NCBI GenBank assembly: GCA_041640655.1
Contig: JBEPZV010000047.1
Span: 1 to 17,950 of the forward strand
Source: a bacterium
GTDB taxonomy: Bacteria > Acidobacteriota > Blastocatellia > HR10
Reading direction: 5' to 3'
Length of the DNA stretch: 17,950 bases
In this document: positions 1 through 8,157 of the stretch, in pieces
Numbering within the stretch: the first letter of the stretch is position 1
How the letters are laid out: each line of letters starts with the position of its first letter
Notes under the pieces: model-generated
Databases searched by the model: none
What the model saw: only the letters and a program-made list of their open reading frames with translations
What the model was told of the DNA's origin: nothing
Program-made: the position numbers and the translations under genes

Positions 1-614
1 GCGCCGCCCGCAATGCACGGCCCCATGACGGCCGCGATCTGCGGGACCTTCAGATACCGCCGCATGATCGAGTTGTAGTAGAAGATGCGTCCGGCGCCGT
101 ACTGTCCGGGGAAGACGCCGCTTTGATATGGCAAGTTGACGCCCGCCGAATCCACCAGGTAGACGATCGGGACGCGATTGCGCATGGCGATCTCCTGCAT
201 GCGCAGGATCTTCTTGATCGTCTCCGGCCACCAGGCGCCCGCTTTGACCGTCGCGTCGTTGGCGACGATGACGATCGGACGACCGTGAACGAGGCCGATG
301 CCAGTGACGACGCCCGCTGCCGGCGCTTCCCCGCCATATTGGTCGTAGGCGACCAAGAGGCCGATCTCCAGGAAATCGCTGCCCGGGTCCAGCAACCGCT
401 CGATGCGCTCGCGCGCCGTCAGCTTACCCTGCTGATGCTGGCGCGCGATCTTCTCCGGACCCCCGCCCAGGCGCAGACGCGCTTCTAACGCGCGCAGCTC
501 CTCGACCCGCTGACGCAAGGTCAGGGGCCCGGTCGAAGACACCGGGACGCGATCAGCCGCACCGCGCGAGGGCGGGGCCACGTCCGCGGAGCGCTCTCGA
601 TGGCGTTCGGTCAT
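1..614 (-). CDS. Acyl-CoA carboxylase carboxyltransferase (beta) subunit, methylcrotonyl/propionyl-CoA carboxylase-like; 3' end lies outside the window
   Basis: Absent from the ORF track; translated by hand from ATG at 614, with GGAGAGG upstream: MTERHRERS...LRLGGGPEKIARQHQQGKLTARERIERLLDPGSDFLEIG...APAAGVVTGIGLVHGRPIVIVANDATVKAGAW...IVYLVDSAGVNLPYQ...AVMGPCIAGGA. GKLTARERI, ANDATVKAG, DSAG and GPCxAGGA are typical carboxyltransferase motifs. The frame stays open to base 1. Confidence 0.92.
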   Translation of the reverse strand, partial: MTERHRERSADVAPPSRGAADRVPVSSTGPLTLRQRVEELRALEARLRLGGGPEKIARQHQQGKLTARERIERLLDPGSDFLEIGLLVAYDQYGGEAPAAGVVTGIGLVHGRPIVIVANDATVKAGAWWPETIKKILRMQEIAMRNRVPIVYLVDSAGVNLPYQSGVFPGQYGAGRIFYYNSIMRRYLKVPQIAAVMGPCIAGG

Positions 615-618
615 ATGC

Positions 619-1398
619 TCACCTCTCCGTTCGCCGCACCTTCAGGGGGACGACCGGCGCGATCTGTTTCCCCTCGCGCACGGCGAAGAACCGGCGGACT
701 TCCTCCGGCGTCAGGTATCGCCACATGCCCGGCTTCAGCCCTTCATCGGTGAGAAATCCGATCGCCACCCGCCGCAGCTTGATGACGGAGTGGCCGATCA
801 GATCGAACATCTTGCGAATCTGGCGGCTGAGCCCTTGATAGAGCGTCACAGCATACCAGGCATTCGTCCGAGTCCGCTCGATCTCGATGATCTCGCACGG
901 AGCCGTGCGCTTGCCATCAATGACGACGCCGCGCTGCAGGCGCTTGATCGCTTTCTCATCCGGGATGCCTTTGACCTTCACATGATAGACCTTGGGGATG
1001 TGGAACTTCGCCGAGGTGATCAGATGGGTGAACTCCCCGTCATTGGTGAGCAGCAGCAGCCCTTCCGTGTTGAAGTCCAGGCGCCCCACCGGATGCACGC
1101 GCGCCGGCAGTGGCGGCAGGAGCTTCGTCACCAGCGGTCGCCCTTGCGGATCATAGAGGCTCGAGAGATACCCCTTCGGCTTGTTGAGCAGGATGTAGAC
1201 CTTCTTGCGCGAGCGCAGGAGCGGGTTGATGAGCTTCCCCTGGACCTTGATGTGATCCCGTTCGGGATCGGCCTTCGTCCCCAGCTTCGTGACGACGTGT
1301 CCGTTGACGGTCACCAGGCCCAGACGGATCAATTCCTCGGCCTTTCGCCGAGAGGCGATCCCCGCTTCCGCGATCAGTTTTTGCAGGCGCACCTCCAT
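619..1398 (-). CDS. rluB: rRNA pseudouridine synthase, RsuA/RluB family, with N-terminal S4 domain
   Basis: S4-like start RLQKLIAEAGIASRRKAEELI, then LLNKPKGY and the catalytic motif VGRLDFNTEGLLLLTNDG. It sits directly after scpB, the usual position of rluB. Confidence 0.9.
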   Translation of the reverse strand: MEVRLQKLIAEAGIASRRKAEELIRLGLVTVNGHVVTKLGTKADPERDHIKVQGKLINPLLRSRKKVYILLNKPKGYLSSLYDPQGRPLVTKLLPPLPARVHPVGRLDFNTEGLLLLTNDGEFTHLITSAKFHIPKVYHVKVKGIPDEKAIKRLQRGVVIDGKRTAPCEIIEIERTRTNAWYAVTLYQGLSRQIRKMFDLIGHSVIKLRRVAIGFLTDEGLKPGMWRYLTPEEVRRFFAVREGKQIAPVVPLKVRRTER

Positions 1399-1404
1399 AG
1401 CCGT

Positions 1405-1956
1405 TCACGAGGCTGAGGCTCCTTCGGTCAGTTCCTCGAAGTCCTCGATCGTCGGCAGCTCGCTCAGGTCATTGAGTCCGAATTGGATCAGGAACTCTCG
1501 CGAGGTGCCGTAGAGGATCGGGCGGCCGACGACCGGCTTTCGCCCCTTCGGCTCGATGAGCCGTCGCTCCAGGAGCGTTCGCACTGCGCGCGCGGAGTTG
1601 ACGCCTCGAATCTCCTGAATCTCCGGCAGCGTGATCGGTTGTTTGTACGCGATGACGGCCAGCGTCTCCAGGGCGGCCATCGAGAGGCGGGCCGAAGGTC
1701 GGGTCTTCAGGTATCGCCGGATATACTCGTGATGCTCCGGACGCGTGCAGATCCGATACCCCCCCGCGATCCGCCGCAGCTCCAATCCGCGCCCCTCGGC
1801 CGCGTAGTCGCGCCGCAGCGCCTCCAGGGCCGCCGCCAGAGTCGCCCGATCCGCCTCCGGCAGGATCTGCGCCAGCTCCTCCTCGGTGATCGGTTCCGAG
1901 GCCGTGAAGATCAGCGCCTCCAGGATCGGCTTCAGCTCCTCAATCCGCATGGTCAT
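1405..1956 (-). CDS. scpB: SMC-Scp complex subunit ScpB
   Basis: LEALIF, LSMAALETLAVIAYKQPIT..EIQEIRGV, GRPILYGTS.EFL..FGL..LSELP. The start could be ATG 1956 or 1950. Confidence 0.95.
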   Translation of the reverse strand: MTMRIEELKPILEALIFTASEPITEEELAQILPEADRATLAAALEALRRDYAAEGRGLELRRIAGGYRICTRPEHHEYIRRYLKTRPSARLSMAALETLAVIAYKQPITLPEIQEIRGVNSARAVRTLLERRLIEPKGRKPVVGRPILYGTSREFLIQFGLNDLSELPTIEDFEELTEGASAS

Positions 1957-1962
1957 CCCGCG

Positions 1963-2772
1963 TCATCCGGCCGCATCCTCCTCCTGGTCCACGTCGGAGG
2001 CCCGGAGCGCCAGGATGCGACCGAACCGCTCCGTCTGCACAAGTCGAATGAGCGCGACTCGTACTAATTCTAGCACGGCCAGAAAAAGGATCAGCAATTC
2101 GCGCCGCGAGCGTGCCGTTTCGAAGAGCGCCGTGATGTCCACGCGCTCCCGCTCCTGAAAGAGCGCGCGCAGCTCGGCGATCTTCTCGGCCAGCGTGATC
2201 TGCTCGCGGGCGATCACCAACTCTCGCCGCTCCTTGAGCCGCTCCATCGCCCGTTGGAACGCGCGGAAGAGATCGAACACCGTGGCGTTCACCTCGGGAT
2301 TCGCCTCGTCCGTCTCCAATCGCCCGCGCGTGAAGGCGGCCTGCTCCCGCTCGGCTCTCGACCAGAGGAGTTCAGCCGCCGCCTTGTACTTCTGGTATTC
2401 GAGGAGGCGTCGGACGAGCTCCCGCCGCGGATCCTCCTCTTCCGCCTCATCCGCCGCGCGCGCCGGTGCTGGCAGCAGCATCTTCGACTTGATGTAGATC
2501 AGCGTCGCCGCCATGACCAGATACTCGCTCGCGATCGTCAAATCCAGCGCCTCCATACGGCGCAGATAGTCGAGATATTGCTCGGTGATGCGCGCGATAG
2601 GGATGTCGTAGATGCTCACCCGCTCCTGCTTGATGAGATGGAGCAGAAGGTCGAGCGGGCCTTCGAAGACATCGAGTTTGACCGTGTAGCGGGGGGAGGC
2701 GGCGCGCTCCGGCTCTCGCTCGTGAGGAGGGATCTCCTCACACCGGTCCGGCCATTCGTCCTCTCGCACCAT
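1963..2772 (-). CDS. scpA: Segregation and condensation protein ScpA (kleisin)
   Basis: FEGPLDLLLHLI, IYDIPIARITEQYL, EYLVMAATLIYIKSKMLLP, DPRRELVRRLLEY, FLAVLEL. Start placed at ATG 2772 (GAGGAGG upstream, 8 nt after the trpS stop), not at the track's 3132, which overlaps trpS. Confidence 0.95.
   Translation of the reverse strand: MVREDEWPDRCEEIPPHEREPERAASPRYTVKLDVFEGPLDLLLHLIKQERVSIYDIPIARITEQYLDYLRRMEALDLTIASEYLVMAATLIYIKSKMLLPAPARAADEAEEEDPRRELVRRLLEYQKYKAAAELLWSRAEREQAAFTRGRLETDEANPEVNATVFDLFRAFQRAMERLKERRELVIAREQITLAEKIAELRALFQERERVDITALFETARSRRELLILFLAVLELVRVALIRLVQTERFGRILALRASDVDQEEDAAG
2067..2097 (-). promoter_or_regulatory. Candidate internal sigma70 promoter (extended -10) inside the 3' end of scpA
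   Basis: Minus strand reads TTGCTG-N16-TG-C-TAGAAT (-10 at 2072-2067) in a locally AT-rich patch of atypical codons (CTA GAA TTA GTA CGA). Confidence 0.45.
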
Positions 2773-2780
2773 GGCCTCCT

Positions 2781-3764
2781 CTACACCGCTATTCGCATGG
2801 CCGCGCGCACACGTTCCATCGTCTGAGCGGCGCGCTGACGGGCTCGACGTGATCCCTCGATCAACAGCTCCCGCACCTCTTCGGGGCGACTCTCGTAATA
2901 CGCGCTCTTGTCGGCGATCGGGGCGAGCCGCTCGCGCAGGTTCTCGTAGAGGAGGCGCTTGCACTCCACACACCCGATTCCGGCCCGGCGGCACTCCACG
3001 TTCACCTGTTGTTGATGCTCCGGTGGACTGAAGACCCGGTGCAGCGCGTAGACGGGGCATACGTCCGGATTCCCTGGATCTGTCCGCCGCACGCGGGCTG
3101 GATCGGTCACCATCGTCCGCAGCTTCTCCCACATGACGTCGGGGGGATCGGTCAGGCGGATGTCGTTCCCGTAGCTCTTGCTCATCTTCCGGCCATCGGT
3201 GCCGGGCAAGCGCGGAGCCTGCGTCAAGAGCGCTTGCGGCTCCGGGAAGACCTCCCCGTAGAGCTTGTTGAATCGCCGCGCGATCTCGCGCGTCAGCTCG
3301 ATGTGCGGCACCTGATCTTCCCCCACCGGGACGAACTGCGCTTGATAGATCAGGATGTCCGCCGCTTGCAAGACCGGATAGCCGAGGAAGGCGTAGTTCC
3401 CCAAATCCTTGTCCCGGATGTTCTCCCGCTGTTCCTTATAGGTCGGGACGCGCTCCAGCCACCCGAGCGGCGTCACGCAGGACAGCAGCAGATGCAGCTC
3501 GGCATGCTCTGGCACGAGCGATTGGACGAAGAGCGTGGCCCGATTCGGATCCAATCCCGCCGCGAGCCAATCCCCGACCATCAGCAGCGTGTTCGGGCGA
3601 ATCTGCGAGGGATCCGCATAATCGGTCGTGAGCGCATGCCAATCGGCGACGAAGAAGAAGCAGTCGTATTCGTGCTGAAGCCGATTCCAATTCTTCAGCG
3701 CGCCCTCCAGATGCCCGAGGTGCAACTTTCCCGTCGGTCGCATTCCGCTCACCACGCGCGGCAT
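2781..3764 (-). CDS. trpS: Tryptophan--tRNA ligase
   Basis: SGMRPTGKLHLGH (HIGH motif), YPVLQAADIL, VPVGEDQ..HIELTR, KMSKS, and a C-terminal C-x21-C-x6-C-x2-C. Confidence 0.97.
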   Translation of the reverse strand: MPRVVSGMRPTGKLHLGHLEGALKNWNRLQHEYDCFFFVADWHALTTDYADPSQIRPNTLLMVGDWLAAGLDPNRATLFVQSLVPEHAELHLLLSCVTPLGWLERVPTYKEQRENIRDKDLGNYAFLGYPVLQAADILIYQAQFVPVGEDQVPHIELTREIARRFNKLYGEVFPEPQALLTQAPRLPGTDGRKMSKSYGNDIRLTDPPDVMWEKLRTMVTDPARVRRTDPGNPDVCPVYALHRVFSPPEHQQQVNVECRRAGIGCVECKRLLYENLRERLAPIADKSAYYESRPEEVRELLIEGSRRARQRAAQTMERVRAAMRIAV

Positions 3765-3774
3765 ATCGCCTCCT

Positions 3775-4449
3775 TCAGTGCACGAGGAGATAAAGTTCGG
3801 TCACCGGCCGAATGGTCGTGATCATCCAGAAGACGGGGGCGAAGACGAGCCGCAGCACGCCCAGCAGCATCAGCCCGTACAACAGGAAGATGCCCAGGGG
3901 ACGGATCTGATCCAGCACGTCGGCCGCGCCCTCCGGCAGCAGATGATACAGGACCCAATGCCCATCCAGCGGCGGGATCGGGATCAGGTTGAAGACCGCC
4001 AAGGCGACATTGAGGATGAGGCCGATGAGTAGCATCTTCCCCAGAGGCACGAAGAAGTGCCCGAGCGCCCGCGCCGTCGCCTCCCAGTTGGTGCCCAGAA
4101 GCAGAATGAGCGTGAGGAAGCCTCCGGCCAGCAACAGATTGCTCCCCGGACCGGCCAGCGAGACCAAAATGTGATGCTTCCGCGTCTCCCGCAGATGCAG
4201 GGGATTCACCGGAACCGGCTTCGCCCAGCCGATCAACGGCACGCCCGAGAAGAAGCTGAAGATCGGGAAGAGGATGGTCCCGAACAGGTCCACGTGCGCG
4301 GCCGGATTGAGCGTCACCCGGCCCAGATAATACGCCGTGTAATCGCCGAAACGGTTCGCCGTCCACGCATGCGCCGCTTCATGCAGCGAGAGGGAGAAGA
4401 GGAAGACGACGAACCAGAGGATGAAGTCGCCCAGGCTTCGTTCCAACAA
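3775..4449 (-). CDS. Site-2 protease family (peptidase M50) intramembrane zinc metalloprotease
   Basis: HEAAH zinc motif after a hydrophobic helix, GWAKPVPVNP, VSLAGPGSN, FNLIPIPPLDG, and several TM segments. TTG start with GAGGA upstream. Confidence 0.93.
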   Translation of the reverse strand: MLERSLGDFILWFVVFLFSLSLHEAAHAWTANRFGDYTAYYLGRVTLNPAAHVDLFGTILFPIFSFFSGVPLIGWAKPVPVNPLHLRETRKHHILVSLAGPGSNLLLAGGFLTLILLLGTNWEATARALGHFFVPLGKMLLIGLILNVALAVFNLIPIPPLDGHWVLYHLLPEGAADVLDQIRPLGIFLLYGLMLLGVLRLVFAPVFWMITTIRPVTELYLLVH

Positions 4450-4484
4450 CGTTCCTCACTCCTTTTCTCGTCGTCGCGTTTGAC

Positions 4485-5519
4485 TCACCACAGCTCGAGC
4501 AAATACCCCCGGATTCCGATGGGGAGAAGGTAGATCTCCCCTTGCGTACTCGCTAGGATCATGTGGCCCGCATCGTCGAAGGCCAGCCCGACCAGGGTCT
4601 TCCCCGCCACGAAGAGGCTCGCCTCCCCTCGCGGCGTGATCTTGACAATACCCCGACGCCCTCGCCAACTAGCCGCCACGTAGAGATTCCCCTCCACGTC
4701 GAAGGCGAGCCCTTGCGGTCGCCCGAGTCCGGTGAAGAAAGCGCTCACCTCGCCTTCAGGCGAGATCCGATAGACGGATTCGTTGCTGGAGGCCGTCGGC
4801 CCCGTCACGTAGAGATGATCGTCCGGGCCAAACGCCAGGTGATACGCGGAGACGCTCGGCTCCAGTTCGACGAAGGGCTTCGCCTCGCCAATCTCGTTCA
4901 CGGCGAAGATCGTCCCACTGCGATCGCCGACGAACATGCGACCGTGGCGGTCGAAGGCCAGACCCGTCGCGATGCCCAAGTCGCGCGCGAACGGCTCCGC
5001 CTCCTTGAAGGGCGAGATCCGATAGACCGTGCCGTCATATCGGCTCGTCACGAACATCATCCCCTCGCGATCGAAGGCGATGGCCGTCGCGTTCATGATG
5101 TCATGCAGGAATTCGCTCTTCTCCCCCAAGGGCGAGATGCGGTAGATCGAGCAGGGGACCTTCTGCCCGCGACTGCCACTGTAGGTGACGTAGATGTACC
5201 CGCTCTCGATGTCGTAGGCGGGGTTGGTCACCGGATGCAGTTCGGTGGCGATCAGGCGGCCGACGAGGAAAGGGACGCTCGGGCTGCGCTCGCCCTCAAC
5301 TTCGATCACCAGGGGGACCGGCTGCGGTTCTCGCCCGGCCTCGCCCGGGACAGCCACCGTTACCCGGTGGGGCGAGGCGCCGATGATGCGCCCCTCCACG
5401 TCGCCGAAAAGGACGCGAAAGCGCCCGAATCGGCTCGTGTCCAAACCCCGACATGTGATGATCACCTCACCGCCCTCAACGCCCGCCGACGGTGAGACGT
5501 CCAAGATCACCGGTCTCAT
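4485..5519 (-). CDS. IPT/TIG domain plus six-bladed beta-propeller protein (SMP-30/gluconolactonase/NHL-like)
   Basis: N-terminus PVILDVSPSAGVEGGEVIITCRG...VLFG...VTVAVP resembles IPT/TIG. Six blade motifs follow about 40 aa apart: TNPAYD, TAIAFDREG, TGLAFDRHG, YHLAFGPDD, QGLAFDVEG, VGLAFDDAG. Confidence 0.8.
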   Translation of the reverse strand: MRPVILDVSPSAGVEGGEVIITCRGLDTSRFGRFRVLFGDVEGRIIGASPHRVTVAVPGEAGREPQPVPLVIEVEGERSPSVPFLVGRLIATELHPVTNPAYDIESGYIYVTYSGSRGQKVPCSIYRISPLGEKSEFLHDIMNATAIAFDREGMMFVTSRYDGTVYRISPFKEAEPFARDLGIATGLAFDRHGRMFVGDRSGTIFAVNEIGEAKPFVELEPSVSAYHLAFGPDDHLYVTGPTASSNESVYRISPEGEVSAFFTGLGRPQGLAFDVEGNLYVAASWRGRRGIVKITPRGEASLFVAGKTLVGLAFDDAGHMILASTQGEIYLLPIGIRGYLLELW

Positions 5520-5573
5520 ACTCGCGCCATCGGCACCGGGTCTCCCGTGCAGGAATCTCCGATGCGACGTATA

Positions 5574-5603
5574 ATCATACGGCGAAGGTTCCGCCTTTGT
5601 CTA
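5574..5603 (-). promoter_or_regulatory. Candidate sigma70 promoter of the leftward operon
   Basis: Minus strand TAGACA (5603-5598)-N18-TATGAT (5579-5574), 54 nt upstream of the ATG at 5519. Confidence 0.6.
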
Positions 5604-5613
5604 CGGGAGAGCC

Positions 5614-5642
5614 TTTTGCGCATCGCCCCCTCGCGCTATAAT
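5614..5642 (+). promoter_or_regulatory. Candidate sigma70 promoter of dnaB
   Basis: Perfect TATAAT at 5637-5642, with TTTTGCGC at 5614-5621 in the -35 region, 22 nt before the ATG. A second TATAAT lies at 5570-5575. Confidence 0.55.
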
Positions 5643-5664
5643 CCCACTGCCAGAGCGTCAACTC

Positions 5665-7002
5665 ATGTCGGGAGTGTACGAAGAGCTTCTGGACCGCTCG
5701 CTGCCGCACTCGGCCGAGACCGAGCGCTCGATCCTCGGCCTCATCTTGCTGGACAATGCGGCGCTCAGCCAGGTGTTGGGGGTGCTCGATCGCGATGACT
5801 TTTATGTGGAGGCGCATCGGCGCATCTTCGAGAAGATGATCGCCCTCTACGAGAAGGGGCGTCCGGTGGATCCGATCACGCTGCGGGAGGAGCTGGAGGC
5901 GGCGGGCGAGCTGGAGCAGGTCGGCGGCGTAGCGGCGATCGCCGCGTTGATGAGCGGATTGCCGCAGCTTCAGAACGTCGAGCATTACGCCCGCATCATT
6001 CGGGAGAAGTCGCTGCTCAGAAAATTGATCCGCGCGGCCCATCAGATCGTCACCGATTGCCTCGCCGCGCCGGAGGATCCGGAGGACGTCCTGGATCGCG
6101 CGCAAGCCACGATCCTGCGCATCGCCGAGGAGCGTCTGACGCGCGGATTCGTCGGCATCGGCGAGATCGCGCGGCGGCAACTGGATGCGGTCGAACAGAT
6201 GGCCGGTCGGCCGCAGATGATCACGGGGTTGCCGACGGGATTCACGGACCTGGATCAGATGACCTCGGGGTTGCAGCCCGGCGATATGATCGTCGTCGCC
6301 GGACGGCCGAGCTCGGGGAAGACGAGCTTCGCCCTCTCGATCGCTCAGAATGTCGCCGAGAAGGGATACGTCGTGGGGATCGCCAGCCTCGAGATGAGCA
6401 AGGAGCAACTGGTGCAGCGCATGTTGTGCTCGGCCGCGCGGATCAATCTGCACCGCTTTCGCGGCGGATTCCTGAGCCGGGAGGAATGGGGGCGCTTGGC
6501 CGAAGCGCTCGGGCGCCTGGCCGAATGCCGGATCTTCATTGATGATACGCCCGCCATGACGGCGCTGGAGTTGCGCGCCAAGGCCCGACGCCTCAAGCAC
6601 GAGAAGGGCCTGGATCTGCTCATCGTGGACTATCTCCAGATGATGACCACGCGCGGGCGCTTCGAGAACCGCCAGCAGGAGGTCTCCCACATCTCGCGCG
6701 AGTTGAAGCAGATCGCCAAAGATTTGAACGTACCCCTGGTGGCCGTCAGCCAACTCTCGCGCGCGCCTGAGACGCGCACGAGCCACCGCCCGCAGCTCTC
6801 GGATCTGCGGGATAGCGGTTCCATCGAGCAGGATGCCGATGTCGTCCTCTTCGTCTACCGCGAGGAGATGTATCATCCGACCGAAGAGAATGAGGGCATC
6901 GCCGAGATCATCATTGGGAAACAGCGCAACGGGCCTACCGGCAGCGTGCAGCTCGCCTTCGTGAAGGAGTTCACGCGCTTCGAGAATCTCTGGCAGGAGT
7001 GA
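5665..7002 (+). CDS. dnaB: Replicative DNA helicase
   Basis: LPHSAETERSILG, DFYVEAHRRIF, TGLPTGFTDLD, Walker A GRPSSGKT, SLEMS, LIVDYLQ, SQLSR, RPQLSDLRDSGSIEQDAD, KQRNGPTG. 445 aa with no intein. Confidence 0.98.
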   Translation: MSGVYEELLDRSLPHSAETERSILGLILLDNAALSQVLGVLDRDDFYVEAHRRIFEKMIALYEKGRPVDPITLREELEAAGELEQVGGVAAIAALMSGLPQLQNVEHYARIIREKSLLRKLIRAAHQIVTDCLAAPEDPEDVLDRAQATILRIAEERLTRGFVGIGEIARRQLDAVEQMAGRPQMITGLPTGFTDLDQMTSGLQPGDMIVVAGRPSSGKTSFALSIAQNVAEKGYVVGIASLEMSKEQLVQRMLCSAARINLHRFRGGFLSREEWGRLAEALGRLAECRIFIDDTPAMTALELRAKARRLKHEKGLDLLIVDYLQMMTTRGRFENRQQEVSHISRELKQIAKDLNVPLVAVSQLSRAPETRTSHRPQLSDLRDSGSIEQDADVVLFVYREEMYHPTEENEGIAEIIIGKQRNGPTGSVQLAFVKEFTRFENLWQE

Positions 7003-7014
7003 CCCGCGCGCGGA

Positions 7015-7043
7015 TGGTCAGTCAAGGGAAGGCGTGCTACAAT
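7015..7043 (+). promoter_or_regulatory. Candidate sigma70 promoter of the VWA gene pair
   Basis: TGGTCA (7015-7020)-N17-TACAAT (7038-7043), with an extended -10 TG at 7035-7036. Confidence 0.6.
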
Positions 7044-7125
7044 ACCCTTCGGGTCAATCGCCGCGCCGGGGGGAGGGCAGCCGGCGACGCCGATTGATCG
7101 CGCGTGAGCGAGGGGGAGAGGGGAG

Positions 7126-8157
7126 ATGAAGCATACCCTGCGCGCCGCCATCGGCTTTCTCCTCGGATCGGGTGTCGGCATCCCGTGGCCCTTCATCCTG
7201 TGGCTCCTGACCACTATGGGCGCTTCAGCCAGCCTGTGGATCAGCCGGGGATTCTGTCCGATCGCCTTCGCACAGGACGTCGGCGCGCGGAGCCAGCACG
7301 CTTCGGCTGAGCAGGTCCCGGCCGTTCGGCTCGGCACCAATCTCGTCATCGTCCCCGTCACGGTCATGGATCCCTACGACCGGTTCGTCACCGGACTGCG
7401 GAAAGAGCATTTCGAGATCTACGATGAGAAGGTGAAGCAGGAGATCGTCTTCTTCAGCGAGGAGGACGCGCCTATCTCGATCGGTATCGTCTTCGATGTC
7501 TCCGGGAGCATGCGGGAGAAGATCACGCGGGCTCGCACGGCCTTGCGGCGGTTCCTGGACACAAGCCATCCCGATGATGAATTCTTCGTCATCGCCTTCA
7601 ATCACGAGGTGCAGCTGGTTCAGGACTTCACCACGAGCGCCGAGACGATCATGTCCAAGCTGATGCTGATCGCACCCGAGGGCCGCACGGCTCTCTATGA
7701 TGCCGCGTATCTCGGGATCGAGAAGGTGCGGCAGGGCAAGCACGCGCGCAAGGCCGTGCTCATCATCAGCGATGGGCAGGACAATTCCTCGCGATACACC
7801 TACGGCCAACTGCGCGAGCTGGTGAAAGAATCCGAGGTGCAGATTTACGCCATCGGCATCTTCGGCTTGAACGAGCGCGCGACCTCCAACGAGGCGCTCG
7901 GGCGCTCGATCCTGGAGGAGATCACCTCGCTCACCGGAGGGCGAGCGTTCTTCCCCGATACGCCCGTCGAACTCGATGACGTGCTCACGCGTATTGCGCT
8001 CGAGCTGCGCCACCAGTACAGCCTCGGCTTCTATCCGACGAACGCCTCGCGCGAGGGCGAGTGGCGCCGCATCCGCGTGCGCGTCAATCCCCCGCGCGGC
8101 CTTCCCCGGCTGACCGTTCGAGCGCGCGAGGGGTATTATGCGATTCCGCCACAGTGA
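7126..8157 (+). CDS. VWA domain protein, acidobacterial VWFA-related type, exported or membrane-anchored
   Basis: Hydrophobic N-terminus, LVIVPVTVMD...FVTGLRKEHF, MIDAS DVSGS...GRTALYDA...ISDGQD, TGGRAFFP, ELRHQYSLGFYP, VRAREGYYA. RBS GGGGAG. Confidence 0.9.
   Translation: MKHTLRAAIGFLLGSGVGIPWPFILWLLTTMGASASLWISRGFCPIAFAQDVGARSQHASAEQVPAVRLGTNLVIVPVTVMDPYDRFVTGLRKEHFEIYDEKVKQEIVFFSEEDAPISIGIVFDVSGSMREKITRARTALRRFLDTSHPDDEFFVIAFNHEVQLVQDFTTSAETIMSKLMLIAPEGRTALYDAAYLGIEKVRQGKHARKAVLIISDGQDNSSRYTYGQLRELVKESEVQIYAIGIFGLNERATSNEALGRSILEEITSLTGGRAFFPDTPVELDDVLTRIALELRHQYSLGFYPTNASREGEWRRIRVRVNPPRGLPRLTVRAREGYYAIPPQ

Noticed and set aside
2773..3132. 120-aa N-terminal extension of ScpA
   Set aside because: It is an out-of-frame overlap with trpS, rich in Arg/Pro/Ala, and there is a good RBS at 2772.
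5665..7002. Intein-containing or phage-type DnaB
   Set aside because: Normal length, uninterrupted motifs, and a housekeeping context with no phage or integrase genes.
7017..7023. GTCAGTC, matching half of the palindrome core, within the VWA promoter
   Set aside because: It is only a 7-bp half-site with no symmetric partner, and a match this short is expected by chance in 18 kb.
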